Source: a virus (lineage: Duplodnaviria; Caudoviricetes). From it: 64,000 nt of DNA. Numbering within the stretch: position 1 is the stretch's first letter; each line of letters opens with the position of its first letter. Positions 25,905 to 35,529 of this stretch are shown here, piece by piece. Below the pieces are notes generated by a model. It was not told the origin of the DNA, made no database searches, and saw nothing but the letters and a program-made list of their open reading frames with translations. The stretch lies in IMG/VR virus record IMGVR_UViG_2681813214_000004, positions 8,537-72,536 of that record; one strand, written 5' to 3'. The position numbers were made by a program, and so were the translations under genes.

Positions 25905-26228
25905 GTGAGGGAATCGGCGTTGGATCATGCCGCGCTTGAGGCTGTCGGTGGTGGCCGGGTGCTTTATGCGTGTAAAAGCTGGGAGCGGGCGCGTGAAGCG
26001 TTGGAGGCTTTTGAGAGTCGCGGGTATTGGGCGGTTAAGAAGGTCACTCGCTCGTTTGGGGATATGCGGGTTGTTTTTGAGTCGGGTGGCGTTGTCACGT
26101 TTCTGAGTGCGACTCCGCACTCATCTCGTGGTTTTGTTGCTGATCTTTTGTGCCTCGATGGGGTTACTGATGAGCGGACGTTGGAATGTCTGCTGCCGTG
26201 TACGCGGGGTGCGGTGTTGTCTTTCTAG
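25905..26228 (+). CDS. Truncated terminase ATPase-subdomain paralogue
   Basis: GGVVTFLSATPHSSRGFVADLLCLDG...LLP aligns to own TerL GGFVRYISRNKDSGRGFTEIDLVVGDE...LLP; no Walker A. Confidence 0.7.
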   Translation: MRESALDHAALEAVGGGRVLYACKSWERAREALEAFESRGYWAVKKVTRSFGDMRVVFESGGVVTFLSATPHSSRGFVADLLCLDGVTDERTLECLLPCTRGAVLSF

Positions 26229-26256
26229 ATTGTTTTTGGTGCCGGAGGGGGGACTG

Positions 26257-26607
26257 ATGGCTGATATTCCTGAGGGTTTGGGTCTTGCCGGGGCGGCATT
26301 GTGGGCTGATGTGAGTGCTGGGCGTGCTTTGACTGCTGCGAATAAGATCCTGCTGCTTAATGCGTGCCGTATCGCCGATAATTTGGACAATTTGAGTGCG
26401 GAGACGCCTAAGAATCGGGTTGTTTCTGAGAATCATTTGGGTACGGAGTGTATTCATCCGACGATTTCGGAGTTCCGGCAGCAGGTGACTGCGTTGCAGA
26501 ACATTTTGACGAAGTTGGGTGTGGCCGATTTGCCCGCCGAGGGTGGCGGCGGTAAAGGGTTCTTTGATCAGTTGGCCGCTAAGCGCCGGGAGCGTGACGC
26601 GGGGTGA
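26257..26607 (+). CDS. Terminase small subunit
   Basis: GLGLAGAALW...LLNACRIADNL...HPTISEFRQQ (P27-like); GGAGGGG RBS; immediately upstream of TerL. Confidence 0.85.
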   Translation: MADIPEGLGLAGAALWADVSAGRALTAANKILLLNACRIADNLDNLSAETPKNRVVSENHLGTECIHPTISEFRQQVTALQNILTKLGVADLPAEGGGGKGFFDQLAAKRRERDAG

Positions 26608-28145
26608 CGTTGGCGTTGGATTCCGGCCTGATTGGCTGCCAGACTCCACGCCTCTTCCATTACCCGGAAACCCATTTCCCGACCTATTTCACGTCGCTGG
26701 CGGATGACGCCTATGACGTTGCTTGTCTACTTGGCTACGACCTGCTGGATTGGCAGGAAGATACGTTCAGGCGCTCATTCCACAAGAATGATGTGGACCG
26801 CTGGTTGGCTCGCATGGTTTTGCTTGTCATTACCAGGCAGCAAGGAAAAACTGAGCTGGTTGAGGCCCGTGAAGGCACCGGACTGATCCTGCTCAATGAG
26901 CGGATTTTCCACACCAGCCAGCAGGCCAAGACGAACTCTCAGGCGTGGTTGTCGCTGCGGAACCGGCTGTATGCCATCCCCGATATTGCGGCACTTCTTG
27001 ATAAGCCGAAGAACGGTGGCGAGGAAGTATCGATTCGTCGTCTGCCTCTTAAGCGTGGCGATCCTGGCGGGAAGCCGGGGGATGAGGGCGGGTTTGTCCG
27101 CTATATCTCTCGTAACAAGGATTCTGGGCGCGGGTTCACCGAGATCGACTTGGTGGTGGGTGACGAGGCGTATGCGCTGACTGATGGGGAGATGGGCGCG
27201 TTGCTGCCCACGCAGTCAGCGTCGCGTAACCCGCAAACATGGCTCATCTCGTCGGCTGGCACTGAAGACTCTGAGGTGTTGTCCCGTATGCGGGATTTGG
27301 GCATTTCGGGCGCGGATTTGCGGATGCTTTTCAAGGAATGGTCGCTACCCGAGGGGTCTGATCCGACTAACCGGAAGCTGTGGCCGGTCGCGAAGCCTTC
27401 ATTGGGTGCGGCGTTCTGTTCGTTAGAGAACCTTGAAGCCGATTTCTCGATGATGGATCTTCGCGAGTTCGCTCGTGAGCACATGGGTATGTGGGACGAC
27501 CCGCGCATGAATTCGGTGATTGATCTGGATGCGTGGGATGCGTGTGGGGAGCCTGATGTTGCCGAGGGTGTGGCGCCGGAGATTCCGGTCGATTGGACTG
27601 TTGCTGCGCTTGATGTTGCACCTGATCGGTCGTCTTGGTCTGCGGTTATTGCTGGGATGCGTCCTGATGGGCGCCACCATGTTGAGGTCGTGGCGTGCGA
27701 GTCGGGGTCAACGAAGGGCATTCTCCCGCTTTTTCAGCGGTTGAGGGCTTCGTCTAGCCCACCTAAGGCTGTTGCGGTGCAGGCTGGGGGCCGTGCCGGG
27801 GATTTCGGTCCGGAATTGGAACAAATCGGGTTCAAGGTGACCTATTTCGGGTCTAAGGAGATCGCGAATTCGACGGGCCAGTTTGAGGACGACATTGTTG
27901 GCGGGAAATTGTCGCATTTGGTGGACCAATTCCTGTTTGACGGGCTTGCTGGTGCCGCTAAATACCAAATTGGCGGCGATGAAGAGAAGTCTGGCGGCTG
28001 GGGGTGGCTGCGCAAGAACTCTGCTGTGGATATTACTGGAATTGTGGCGTGTTCGTACGCTAATAGGCTTTTGACGTTGGAGTCTGTTGATCAGACCATC
28101 AACAAGAAGAAGCGGGGGAGGATGCTGGGGGTTGGCCGTAGTTGA
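26604..28145 (+). CDS. Terminase large subunit
   Basis: Walker A TRQQGKT; Walker B VVGDEA; coupling motif SSAG; nuclease ALDVAPD. Confidence 0.95.
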   Translation: MTLALDSGLIGCQTPRLFHYPETHFPTYFTSLADDAYDVACLLGYDLLDWQEDTFRRSFHKNDVDRWLARMVLLVITRQQGKTELVEAREGTGLILLNERIFHTSQQAKTNSQAWLSLRNRLYAIPDIAALLDKPKNGGEEVSIRRLPLKRGDPGGKPGDEGGFVRYISRNKDSGRGFTEIDLVVGDEAYALTDGEMGALLPTQSASRNPQTWLISSAGTEDSEVLSRMRDLGISGADLRMLFKEWSLPEGSDPTNRKLWPVAKPSLGAAFCSLENLEADFSMMDLREFAREHMGMWDDPRMNSVIDLDAWDACGEPDVAEGVAPEIPVDWTVAALDVAPDRSSWSAVIAGMRPDGRHHVEVVACESGSTKGILPLFQRLRASSSPPKAVAVQAGGRAGDFGPELEQIGFKVTYFGSKEIANSTGQFEDDIVGGKLSHLVDQFLFDGLAGAAKYQIGGDEEKSGGWGWLRKNSAVDITGIVACSYANRLLTLESVDQTINKKKRGRMLGVGRS

Positions 28146-29604
28146 ATTACCATCACAGGTGGGTCCTCGTGATGTTAAAGAGTATGTTACCGAGATTGTT
28201 TACCCGCATCTAATTGGTATCCGCTCGCAGTTGGGTAAATTGCAGAAGTGGGCGCGTGGCGCGCAGCCTGATTATCTGTTGGTTCGTAAGGCGAATGCTG
28301 AGAAGCGCGCGCTTTTGAAGCTGGCCAAGACTCCGTTGGTGAAATTGGCTGTTGATTCGTTGGCGCAGTGTTTGTTTGTTGACGGGTATCGGGCTGAGGG
28401 GGAGCGGGTTAATGTTCCTGGGCCTTGGCGTACGTGGATGGCGAATGGTTTTCAGCGGCATCAGATCGGTATTCATCGGGCGGCGTTGACGTATGGGTAT
28501 GCGTATGCGCGGGCTTTGCCGGGGACAGCGTTGGACGGTTCTGATCAGGCTGTTTTAGCCGGGTTTTCGCCGATGGACGCGTTGTGCCTGTATGAGGATG
28601 CGGTTCGGGACATGTATCCGAAGTATGCCCTTGAGCTGCTGCCGAATAAGCGTGGTGTTCGTTTCTATGACGAGAACGTTTATTACGAGTTGCCGCTGCC
28701 TTTTGATAATTCGAATGATATCCAGTTTGTTGATCCTGTTGAGCATGGGGTTGGGAAGGTGCCGTTTGTCCGCTATTTGAATGTGGCGGATTTGGATGGT
28801 TACACGATGGGTGAGGTTGAGGCCATTGTTTCGGTGGCTTCTCGTGGCGATAAGACGACTTTTGATCGTCTGTTGGCGCAGCACTATAACTCGTGGAAGG
28901 TCAAGACCGCTACGGGTATCGATGACCTATTGGCATCTGATGACCCGAATGAGCCTCCGGCTAATGAGGACGAAGTGCTTATGGTTATTGAGCACGACAC
29001 AGTTTTGGCGTCTTCCAGCGACAAAGCGCAATTCGGCACGCTAGACGAAACAGATCTGGCCGGATTCATTAGCGCACATGAGCAGGATGTTGAGGATTTC
29101 GCGGCTGCCGCGCAGCTTCCGGCATATTTGTTCGGCAAGTTGTCGAATGTTAATGCGGATACGTTGGCTGCCGCTAACTGGCCGATGACTCAGAAGTTGT
29201 TTGAACGCAAGATGATGTTCGGTGACGCCCATAACCAGTTGATGAGGTTGGCTGCCCATATTGAGGGTGATGCTGATGGCGCGTCTGATTTCACTGCGTC
29301 TGTGACGTGGCAGGACACTTCTGCACGTTCGTTGGCTGCTGCTGCGGATGCTTACGGGAAGATGGCATCGATGCTTGGCGTGCCGAAGCCGTTCCTGTGG
29401 TTGAAGTTGTTCCCGCAGTCTGATGTGGAAGCAATGTTGAAGCATCTGATGGATGACGATGAGGCTTCGGAGTTTCTTCGGTATTGGGGGCCGGGTGGCC
29501 CGCAGATTGATCCTGAAGGCAATTATGTCGGCGGCAAAACTGGGCCTGCACCGGCCGCTGGCGGGGTTCCGGGTAATGACCCTAGCTCTCGCCCGTCGAT
29601 CTAG
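28132..29604 (+). CDS. Portal protein (SPP1 gp6-like)
   Basis: Position after TerL; TPLVKLAVDSLAQ, HRAALTYGYAY and HGVGKVPFVRY motifs. Confidence 0.92.
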   Translation: MAVVELPSQVGPRDVKEYVTEIVYPHLIGIRSQLGKLQKWARGAQPDYLLVRKANAEKRALLKLAKTPLVKLAVDSLAQCLFVDGYRAEGERVNVPGPWRTWMANGFQRHQIGIHRAALTYGYAYARALPGTALDGSDQAVLAGFSPMDALCLYEDAVRDMYPKYALELLPNKRGVRFYDENVYYELPLPFDNSNDIQFVDPVEHGVGKVPFVRYLNVADLDGYTMGEVEAIVSVASRGDKTTFDRLLAQHYNSWKVKTATGIDDLLASDDPNEPPANEDEVLMVIEHDTVLASSSDKAQFGTLDETDLAGFISAHEQDVEDFAAAAQLPAYLFGKLSNVNADTLAAANWPMTQKLFERKMMFGDAHNQLMRLAAHIEGDADGASDFTASVTWQDTSARSLAAAADAYGKMASMLGVPKPFLWLKLFPQSDVEAMLKHLMDDDEASEFLRYWGPGGPQIDPEGNYVGGKTGPAPAAGGVPGNDPSSRPSI

Positions 29605-29609
29605 GGTTT

Positions 29610-30584
29610 GTGACTCAGCCGTCTAATCAGGACCGTCTTACACCTATCCCGGAGCTTGCCGCGTGGTATGCGGTGCAGCATCAGCGTGAGCAGGAGTCGA
29701 TTGCGGCGAAGGTGGCGGCGGGAATGCTGCTGCTGTGGCCGAATTTGGTGTTTGACCGTCTTACGGAGACCACGGAGTCGTGGCTTCACGGGGCGATGTT
29801 GCAAGTGCAGCGGGGCTGGGATGAGTCCGCTGCCGCTGCTGGTGAGTTTGTTCAGGCGTCTTTATGGTCCGTGGAACCGGACGGCCCGCCGATACCCGAC
29901 TTGAAGGTTGAGTTTCCGGCGCGGGATGTTGCGACAGCCTTGACGGTCACTGGCCCTGTGAATGTGAAGAAGCAGATGCCCGCCCCGCAGGCCGATGTGA
30001 TGGCCAAAGCGCAGAAAGCGTCAAGTGGCGCAGCCCAGACGCGGGCGTTGGATGGTGGCCGGGAGATGGTTCAGGCTCAGGTGCTGCGACTGGGGCCGGA
30101 ACGTAAGTCGCGCCGCAAGGCTGTCGGCTACGCACGCTTCACGGACTCCAATCCTTGCTATTTCTGCGCAATGTTGGCGTCTAGGGGTGCTTTCTACCTG
30201 TCTAAAGACTCGTTTAAGGCATCGAATAAGCGTTTCGAGGGTGATGGTACCGCGAAGGTACACGATCACTGCAAATGCTCTTTGAGGCCCGTTTTTTCTT
30301 TAGCTGATGGGCTGGATGATCGGGCTAAATACTTTTACAACATGTGGGTTGATGCCCAAAATACTCGGAAGTCTGGCGAAACTGCGATTCAGGCTTACCG
30401 CAGGTTTTATGTACCACCTCCACCCTACAAACTGGGTGAGGTGTTGAGTTTGGATGAGCGCCGCAATGCTATCGAGGTGTCTCGCCGTAACCGCGACATT
30501 CTTTTGTTGAATCGCGGGCTGAGGGAAGATTCCCCTCAAATTGTTTTCTGGGAGCGCACCATGGCGCTGCTGGAGCAAGGTTAA
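29610..30584 (+). CDS. Capsid maturation protease / MuF-like head protein
   Basis: GYARF...PCYFCAMLASRG...HDHCKC. Confidence 0.8.
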   Translation: MTQPSNQDRLTPIPELAAWYAVQHQREQESIAAKVAAGMLLLWPNLVFDRLTETTESWLHGAMLQVQRGWDESAAAAGEFVQASLWSVEPDGPPIPDLKVEFPARDVATALTVTGPVNVKKQMPAPQADVMAKAQKASSGAAQTRALDGGREMVQAQVLRLGPERKSRRKAVGYARFTDSNPCYFCAMLASRGAFYLSKDSFKASNKRFEGDGTAKVHDHCKCSLRPVFSLADGLDDRAKYFYNMWVDAQNTRKSGETAIQAYRRFYVPPPPYKLGEVLSLDERRNAIEVSRRNRDILLLNRGLREDSPQIVFWERTMALLEQG

Positions 30585-30662
30585 TTCGAAACTAGATTCT
30601 TTCTAGGCGCGGACAGACACGCGATTTATGTCTGGTCATTTTGAAAGAAGTTCAAAACAGTA

Positions 30663-31295
30663 ATGAATGTAGAAAACGAGCCTGTCATCAATCTTTCTGG
30701 CAGCAGCGACGACGTAAACCAGATCCTTGAAGAGGCATTCGGCACGCCGAATGAGCCCAAGGTTGAGGCCCCTAAAGATGAGCCGAAGAAGCCTGTCAAG
30801 GAATATGTTGCGCCGCAATCGCAAGAGGATCTTGATCGGATTATCGCTGACCGTATCCGCAGGGTGGAAAACAAGTACAAGGACTACGACGAACTCAAGG
30901 ATCGTGCATCGAAGTATGACGACCTGGAGGCGGAAAAGGGTTCTGACGTTGAGAAGGCTACCCGCCGATACGAGAAGGCCGAAAAAGATTTAGCGGATTT
31001 GCAGGCGACTATTGCTAAGCGTGACCGGGAAGACTTGGTTCGCGATATTGGTGATGAGTTGGGCCTTCCCGCTAAGTTGCGTGCTCGCGTGCAGGGGGAT
31101 GACGAGACGGCTATTAGAGCTGATATTTCTGAACTTCTGGATGGGTTGCCAGCGGTTAAATCCGCTCCGGCTGGTCCTCCGGTGAATGCTCCAAAGGAAA
31201 AGCTGAAGCTATCAACACCTACTGATGCTGAGCCTGAGGTTTCATCGGATGACATCGTGAAGTCGATTCCACGTGGTGGTCTCAGCTTCTTCTAG
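30663..31295 (+). CDS. Scaffolding protein
   Basis: SQEDLDRIIADRI...YKDYDELK coiled-coil; precedes the MCP. Confidence 0.88.
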   Translation: MNVENEPVINLSGSSDDVNQILEEAFGTPNEPKVEAPKDEPKKPVKEYVAPQSQEDLDRIIADRIRRVENKYKDYDELKDRASKYDDLEAEKGSDVEKATRRYEKAEKDLADLQATIAKRDREDLVRDIGDELGLPAKLRARVQGDDETAIRADISELLDGLPAVKSAPAGPPVNAPKEKLKLSTPTDAEPEVSSDDIVKSIPRGGLSFF

Positions 31296-31342
31296 ATCTG
31301 AAAACACAATTTCATAGAGATAATTAATTAGGGGGAATCTTC

Positions 31343-32515
31343 GTGGCTGACCATGAAGTTCTAAAGTCCGACATTATTGTTGATGCCGGTATTAAGTTGC
31401 TGCGCCGTGAGCGCACTCTTGGCGCGCTGGTCACTGACCATGGCCTTTCTGACTGGAGTGGCCGTCGAGGCGACACCATCACCATCCGTGTGCCGGGAAT
31501 CATGAAGGCGAATCAGCGTTTGCTTCGCGATGCGAACCGAACTCTGATTGAGGACGAGTACACCGAATACCCGATTCCGGTGAAGATCGATCAGCATCTT
31601 TACCAGGCGCTCGCCATGAAGGATGAGCAGCTGACCTTGGATATCAAGGATTGGTCGCGTCAGATCCTTTACCCGGCTGTTCAGTCTATTGCCGAGAAGA
31701 ACGAGGCGAACGTCGCCAATCTGATCGAGACGGCTCCTTACCAGGAAGTCATCACTATCGATCCGACCGACACGTTTAAGGCATTCTCTACCGCTACTCA
31801 GCGTCTTGGTGAGACCAATGTGCCGCGTCCTGGCCGTGTGCTGGTTGTGGGTTCTGCTGTTGCTACTGCGCTGCGTAATGATCCTCAGTTCCGTCATGCC
31901 GATATCTCGGGTGACTCTGCGAACTCGGCTCTGCGTGAGGCGTGGGTATCTCGCGTGTCGGGTATGAACGTGTTTGAGTCGCAGTGGCTTGCTCAGGATT
32001 CGGCGTATGTGTTCCATCCGACCGCGTTCCTGGTGGCGTATGTTGCGCCGCTGGTGCCTCGTGGTGCTGCTTATGGTGATTCGGCTTCGGTTGACGGCAT
32101 TGCGCTGCGTTTCCTGGCCGACTACAACTACAGCGGCCTGAATGACCGCTACGTGCTGGACACCTACGCGGGCTACAACATCATCGAGGACCCGGATCAG
32201 GGCTTCGTGCGTGCCGTGAAGCTGCGTCTGGCTATGACTGGGAATATCGAAGTGGTTTCTGCTGGTGGCGGCACTGTTTCTCTGGCTGTTGGCGATACGT
32301 TGCAGCTGAAGGTCCGTGACGCTAACGGTGCACTGATCACTGATCGTTGCACCTTCGTTTCCGGCACTCCGGCCAAGGCCACCGTTACGCCTGGTCCCGG
32401 CTACGAGAATGGTGGCCTGGTTACCGCTGTGGCTGCTGGTACTTCGGCGATCACTGTCACTTACGCCGGTCCTAGCGGTGCAAAGACCGCAACCGTGAAT
32501 GTGACGGTCGCTTAG
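31343..32515 (+). CDS. Major capsid protein (P22 coat-like HK97 fold) with C-terminal Ig-like domain
   Basis: GDTITIRVP, EQLTL and GIALR...YN...D motifs; C-terminal Big_2-like ATVT...GLVTAVAAGTSAITVT. Confidence 0.93.
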   Translation: MADHEVLKSDIIVDAGIKLLRRERTLGALVTDHGLSDWSGRRGDTITIRVPGIMKANQRLLRDANRTLIEDEYTEYPIPVKIDQHLYQALAMKDEQLTLDIKDWSRQILYPAVQSIAEKNEANVANLIETAPYQEVITIDPTDTFKAFSTATQRLGETNVPRPGRVLVVGSAVATALRNDPQFRHADISGDSANSALREAWVSRVSGMNVFESQWLAQDSAYVFHPTAFLVAYVAPLVPRGAAYGDSASVDGIALRFLADYNYSGLNDRYVLDTYAGYNIIEDPDQGFVRAVKLRLAMTGNIEVVSAGGGTVSLAVGDTLQLKVRDANGALITDRCTFVSGTPAKATVTPGPGYENGGLVTAVAAGTSAITVTYAGPSGAKTATVNVTVA

Positions 32516-32519
32516 TCTG

Positions 32520-33014
32520 ATGGCGGGTTTGGCGTCTGTTGACGAATTGCAAACCCTGATGAAAAAGACGTTCGAAAACGAGGATCTAGGGCAGGCCGAG
32601 CTTGTCCTAGAAATCGTTTCTTCGTGGGTGCAGGTCATTGCCGGTAAGGCGTGGCCTGCCCCAGCGGACGTTCCTTTTGATGTCAAGGGTGTTGTGTTGG
32701 CGGCGTCACGTCGTGATCTATTGGCGCCGCCCGATCGCGCTGTTGCGCGGACCATGGGGCCTTTGCAGGTCCAGTATGCGCCACCTCCGGACGGGTTTTT
32801 CACTGATGCGGAGATGGCGATTCTTCGCCGGTTCCGGCCCCAGGCCCGCAATGGCGGGTTGCGCACTATCTCAACTACGCGCGGCGAGTATGGGCGTCCT
32901 TGGGCCGGGAAGGTCCGGTTAGGGAAGAACGGTCAGCCGTGGACGATCTTCGAATACGGGGATCTGGGCTGGTGGGACGAAACGGATTGCTGGGAAGGTG
33001 ACCCGTTCGAATGA
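32520..33014 (+). CDS. Head-to-tail adaptor
   Basis: LASVDEL...AELVLEIVSSWV; synteny. Confidence 0.75.
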   Translation: MAGLASVDELQTLMKKTFENEDLGQAELVLEIVSSWVQVIAGKAWPAPADVPFDVKGVVLAASRRDLLAPPDRAVARTMGPLQVQYAPPPDGFFTDAEMAILRRFRPQARNGGLRTISTTRGEYGRPWAGKVRLGKNGQPWTIFEYGDLGWWDETDCWEGDPFE

Positions 33015-33370
33015 CACCGTTTTGGGAAGCCATGGGCGTGGACGCCGAACAGGTGTCCGTGGAGCGTGGAGCGACAGATACGGCCGGAAAAACCGACAAG
33101 ACTGCTGTAAACCCAGTTAAAGGGGTCTTCAGCTGGGGTAGTGGGTCCCGGTCTACGGGTCGATACAGCACAGCATCCGAAACCCGCGCCGAGTCTGCCG
33201 CTATCAGTCCGCAGTTCTACGTGGCTGCGGATGCGGATTTGCAGGCCAGGGACCGCATAAAGCGGGCCAACGGCGAAAAGTATCGGGTTTCTGGCCGTGC
33301 TCTGTGGGATGCCGATTTCGGTTACGACTGGGGGGTCAAGGTGTTCCAACTGGAGTCAACGAATGGCTAA
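33011..33370 (+). CDS. Head-to-tail stopper
   Basis: ADLQARDRI...YRVSG; synteny. Confidence 0.7.
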   Translation: MTPFWEAMGVDAEQVSVERGATDTAGKTDKTAVNPVKGVFSWGSGSRSTGRYSTASETRAESAAISPQFYVAADADLQARDRIKRANGEKYRVSGRALWDADFGYDWGVKVFQLESTNG

Positions 33371-33734
33371 TGATCATTTTTTGGCTGATGTGAACGTGTA
33401 TAAGCCGAATAAGGCGTTGGCGGCGATCTTGGCTGGCACCGAGGGCGGACTTGAGGGTCTGTTGATGGTGGAAGCCGAGAAGGTGAAGCTGGCTTATCAG
33501 GCGAAGGTGGCGAAGAAGACAGGCCATTTGGCTGAATCCGCCACGGCGTCTGTTGAGGTCGGAGGCCACGACAACGACCGTTTAGTTGGCAAGGTGACCG
33601 TTGGCCCCGTCGAAAACGACGGCTTCTTCTACGGCAACTTGCACGAATACGGCTCCAAGGCGAAGGCCGAGGCGTATCCGGGCGCAAAGGATCTGCGTGA
33701 AGTCGCGCATGAGTTGTGGGGTGGTGAGAAGTGA
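33363..33734 (+). CDS. Neck / tail-completion protein (HK97 gp10-like)
   Basis: KTGHLAES...YGNLHEYGS; synteny. Confidence 0.65.
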   Translation: MANDHFLADVNVYKPNKALAAILAGTEGGLEGLLMVEAEKVKLAYQAKVAKKTGHLAESATASVEVGGHDNDRLVGKVTVGPVENDGFFYGNLHEYGSKAKAEAYPGAKDLREVAHELWGGEK

Positions 33735-34225
33735 TCCTTCCCGCCTATATACCCGCGTGGTTCGAAAACAACTTTTTCGATATCGAGCGACTGTTGATGC
33801 ACGTGTTTGGCCAGCTGGCACCGGATGTGACGTTCGGCTGTTGGAAACCAGACTTGTGGGTCGATGGGCAGGGCGATGTTCCCGCTGTGTGGTTTTTCAA
33901 ACTACCCGGCGCCGTCGTGGACTGGGAAAGGAACCGTGAAAATCACCTGATTCAGGCTATCGCCGTCACGGATGATCCGGATGCTTCTAAGGGTCTTGCC
34001 GGGTTTGTTCGGGGCATTCTTATGTCGTTGTCTGATGGGGCGAAAGTCACGGGCGAGGACGGGGATACAGCCCAGTTTTGGGGGGCCGAGGAACGGTCCG
34101 CGCCGTACATGCTTTCACCAGAACAACAGTTCGATGCCCGGGTTGTACCGGCCACCTTCTGTGTGACCACAAATCTGCGGTCGAATAAACGCTATACGGA
34201 TATGGTTCGCGCTTTAAGGGCGTAG
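33731..34225 (+). CDS. Tail terminator
   Basis: Synteny immediately before the major tail protein. Confidence 0.65.
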   Translation: MILPAYIPAWFENNFFDIERLLMHVFGQLAPDVTFGCWKPDLWVDGQGDVPAVWFFKLPGAVVDWERNRENHLIQAIAVTDDPDASKGLAGFVRGILMSLSDGAKVTGEDGDTAQFWGAEERSAPYMLSPEQQFDARVVPATFCVTTNLRSNKRYTDMVRALRA

Positions 34226-34253
34226 TTCAACAATTTAATAAGGACAACTGAAT

Positions 34254-35150
34254 ATGGATTTCTATTCTATTAAGGACCCGCGCCCTGATTTGGTGCTGGC
34301 TCCTCTTAACCTGATCGCGCTTTTCGCGCCGATTGATGCGACTCCGGCTTTGACTCTTGAGTCGCCTACTGATGGCTCGCTGGATGTTCCGGTTGCGTAT
34401 CGGTCGTTGGGTCATTTCGAGAAGAAGGCCGGTGTTGGTATCGGCAACGAGTTCGACTCGAAGGACATTGAGGCTTACGGTGAGCCGGAGCCTATTCGTG
34501 TCATCAAGAATAAGCGCACCACCACTTTCGAGGTCTCTCTGTTTGAGAACAGCCTTGATGTGTTGGGCATTGTTTGGACCGAGGATTTCTCGAATATCAC
34601 CCCGTCCGAATTCGGTGGTGTGGTCCTGCCTGCGCCGAAGCAGCCGAAGAACATCTACTACCGATGCATTCTGCTGGGCCTTGATGACCGTAATGACCGC
34701 GAGGTTTGGGTTTACTGGCTGTTGCCGCGTGTGCAGCTGGACAAGGTTGATAACCAGACCCTTAACGACGACAACGTTATCGAATACAAGGTGACGATGA
34801 AGGCGTCTAAGGACCCGGTTCTCGGCTATTCGGTGGCGCAGGGCTTCGCGGGTCCCGGCTGGCGTGACATTGTTGACCAGGCTCGTTTTGGTCAGCCTTT
34901 GACTTCGCTGTCAGCTACTCCGGCTTCTGTGTCGGTGACCGTTGCTAGTGGTGCTTCGCACACTGCGCAGCTGGTTATTGAGGGCGATAACGGCATCAAT
35001 TACACCCCGGACTGCAAGTTCGAGTCTCTGGACCCGACCAAGGCCACTGTGTCTGCGTCCGGTTTGGTGACTGGTGTCGCTACTGGTTCTACTTCGGTCA
35101 CTGCTACCAAGGGTGCTCTTACAAAGACCATCACGGTAACTGTTACCTAG
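34254..35150 (+). CDS. Major tail protein with C-terminal Ig-like domain
   Basis: YRSLGHFEKKAG...DIEAYGEPEPIR; C-terminal KATVSASGLVTGVATG. Confidence 0.92.
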   Translation: MDFYSIKDPRPDLVLAPLNLIALFAPIDATPALTLESPTDGSLDVPVAYRSLGHFEKKAGVGIGNEFDSKDIEAYGEPEPIRVIKNKRTTTFEVSLFENSLDVLGIVWTEDFSNITPSEFGGVVLPAPKQPKNIYYRCILLGLDDRNDREVWVYWLLPRVQLDKVDNQTLNDDNVIEYKVTMKASKDPVLGYSVAQGFAGPGWRDIVDQARFGQPLTSLSATPASVSVTVASGASHTAQLVIEGDNGINYTPDCKFESLDPTKATVSASGLVTGVATGSTSVTATKGALTKTITVTVT

Positions 35151-35161
35151 TTTGTTTTGAG

Positions 35162-35203
35162 TAGGGGTGGGGGTTTAACGGCTCCCACCCCTATCAGTAT
35201 TTT
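35162..35203 (+). terminator. Intrinsic terminator after the major tail gene
   Basis: TAGGGGTGGG/CCCACCCCTA stem followed by a T-rich tail. Confidence 0.7.
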
Positions 35204-35226
35204 GATTGTAAAAGGGGAAACATATT

Positions 35227-35529
35227 ATGGCTGCTGCACGTCGTAAGGCTGCTGTGGAACTCACTGAGTTTGATAAGAAGATTGCTTCGGCGGTTGGTCC
35301 GGAGCCGATCAAGTTGGATGGCGGCAATATTGTCGCCGAGGCTCCTACGGTGGCTGAGCTTGAAGGTTTGGCTGAGCTGGAGACTGATGATGAGCTTCGT
35401 CGGGCGATTTTTGGCGAGGACGCAGACAAGGCTAAGGAGTATTTCCGGAACAAGCCGCTGCATGCGTGGGGCGTGTTCCTGAGCGAGTATATGGACCACT
35501 GGACGAATTTCTCTGACCTGGGAAAATAG
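35227..35529 (+). CDS. Tail assembly chaperone (gpG-like)
   Basis: Between MTP and TMP; ends at the slippery sequence G GGA AAA TAG. Confidence 0.85.
   Translation: MAAARRKAAVELTEFDKKIASAVGPEPIKLDGGNIVAEAPTVAELEGLAELETDDELRRAIFGEDADKAKEYFRNKPLHAWGVFLSEYMDHWTNFSDLGK

Noticed and set aside
31361-32866. 501-aa minus-strand ORF
   Set aside because: Antisense shadow of the capsid gene, expected from GC-rich codon bias; no motifs or RBS
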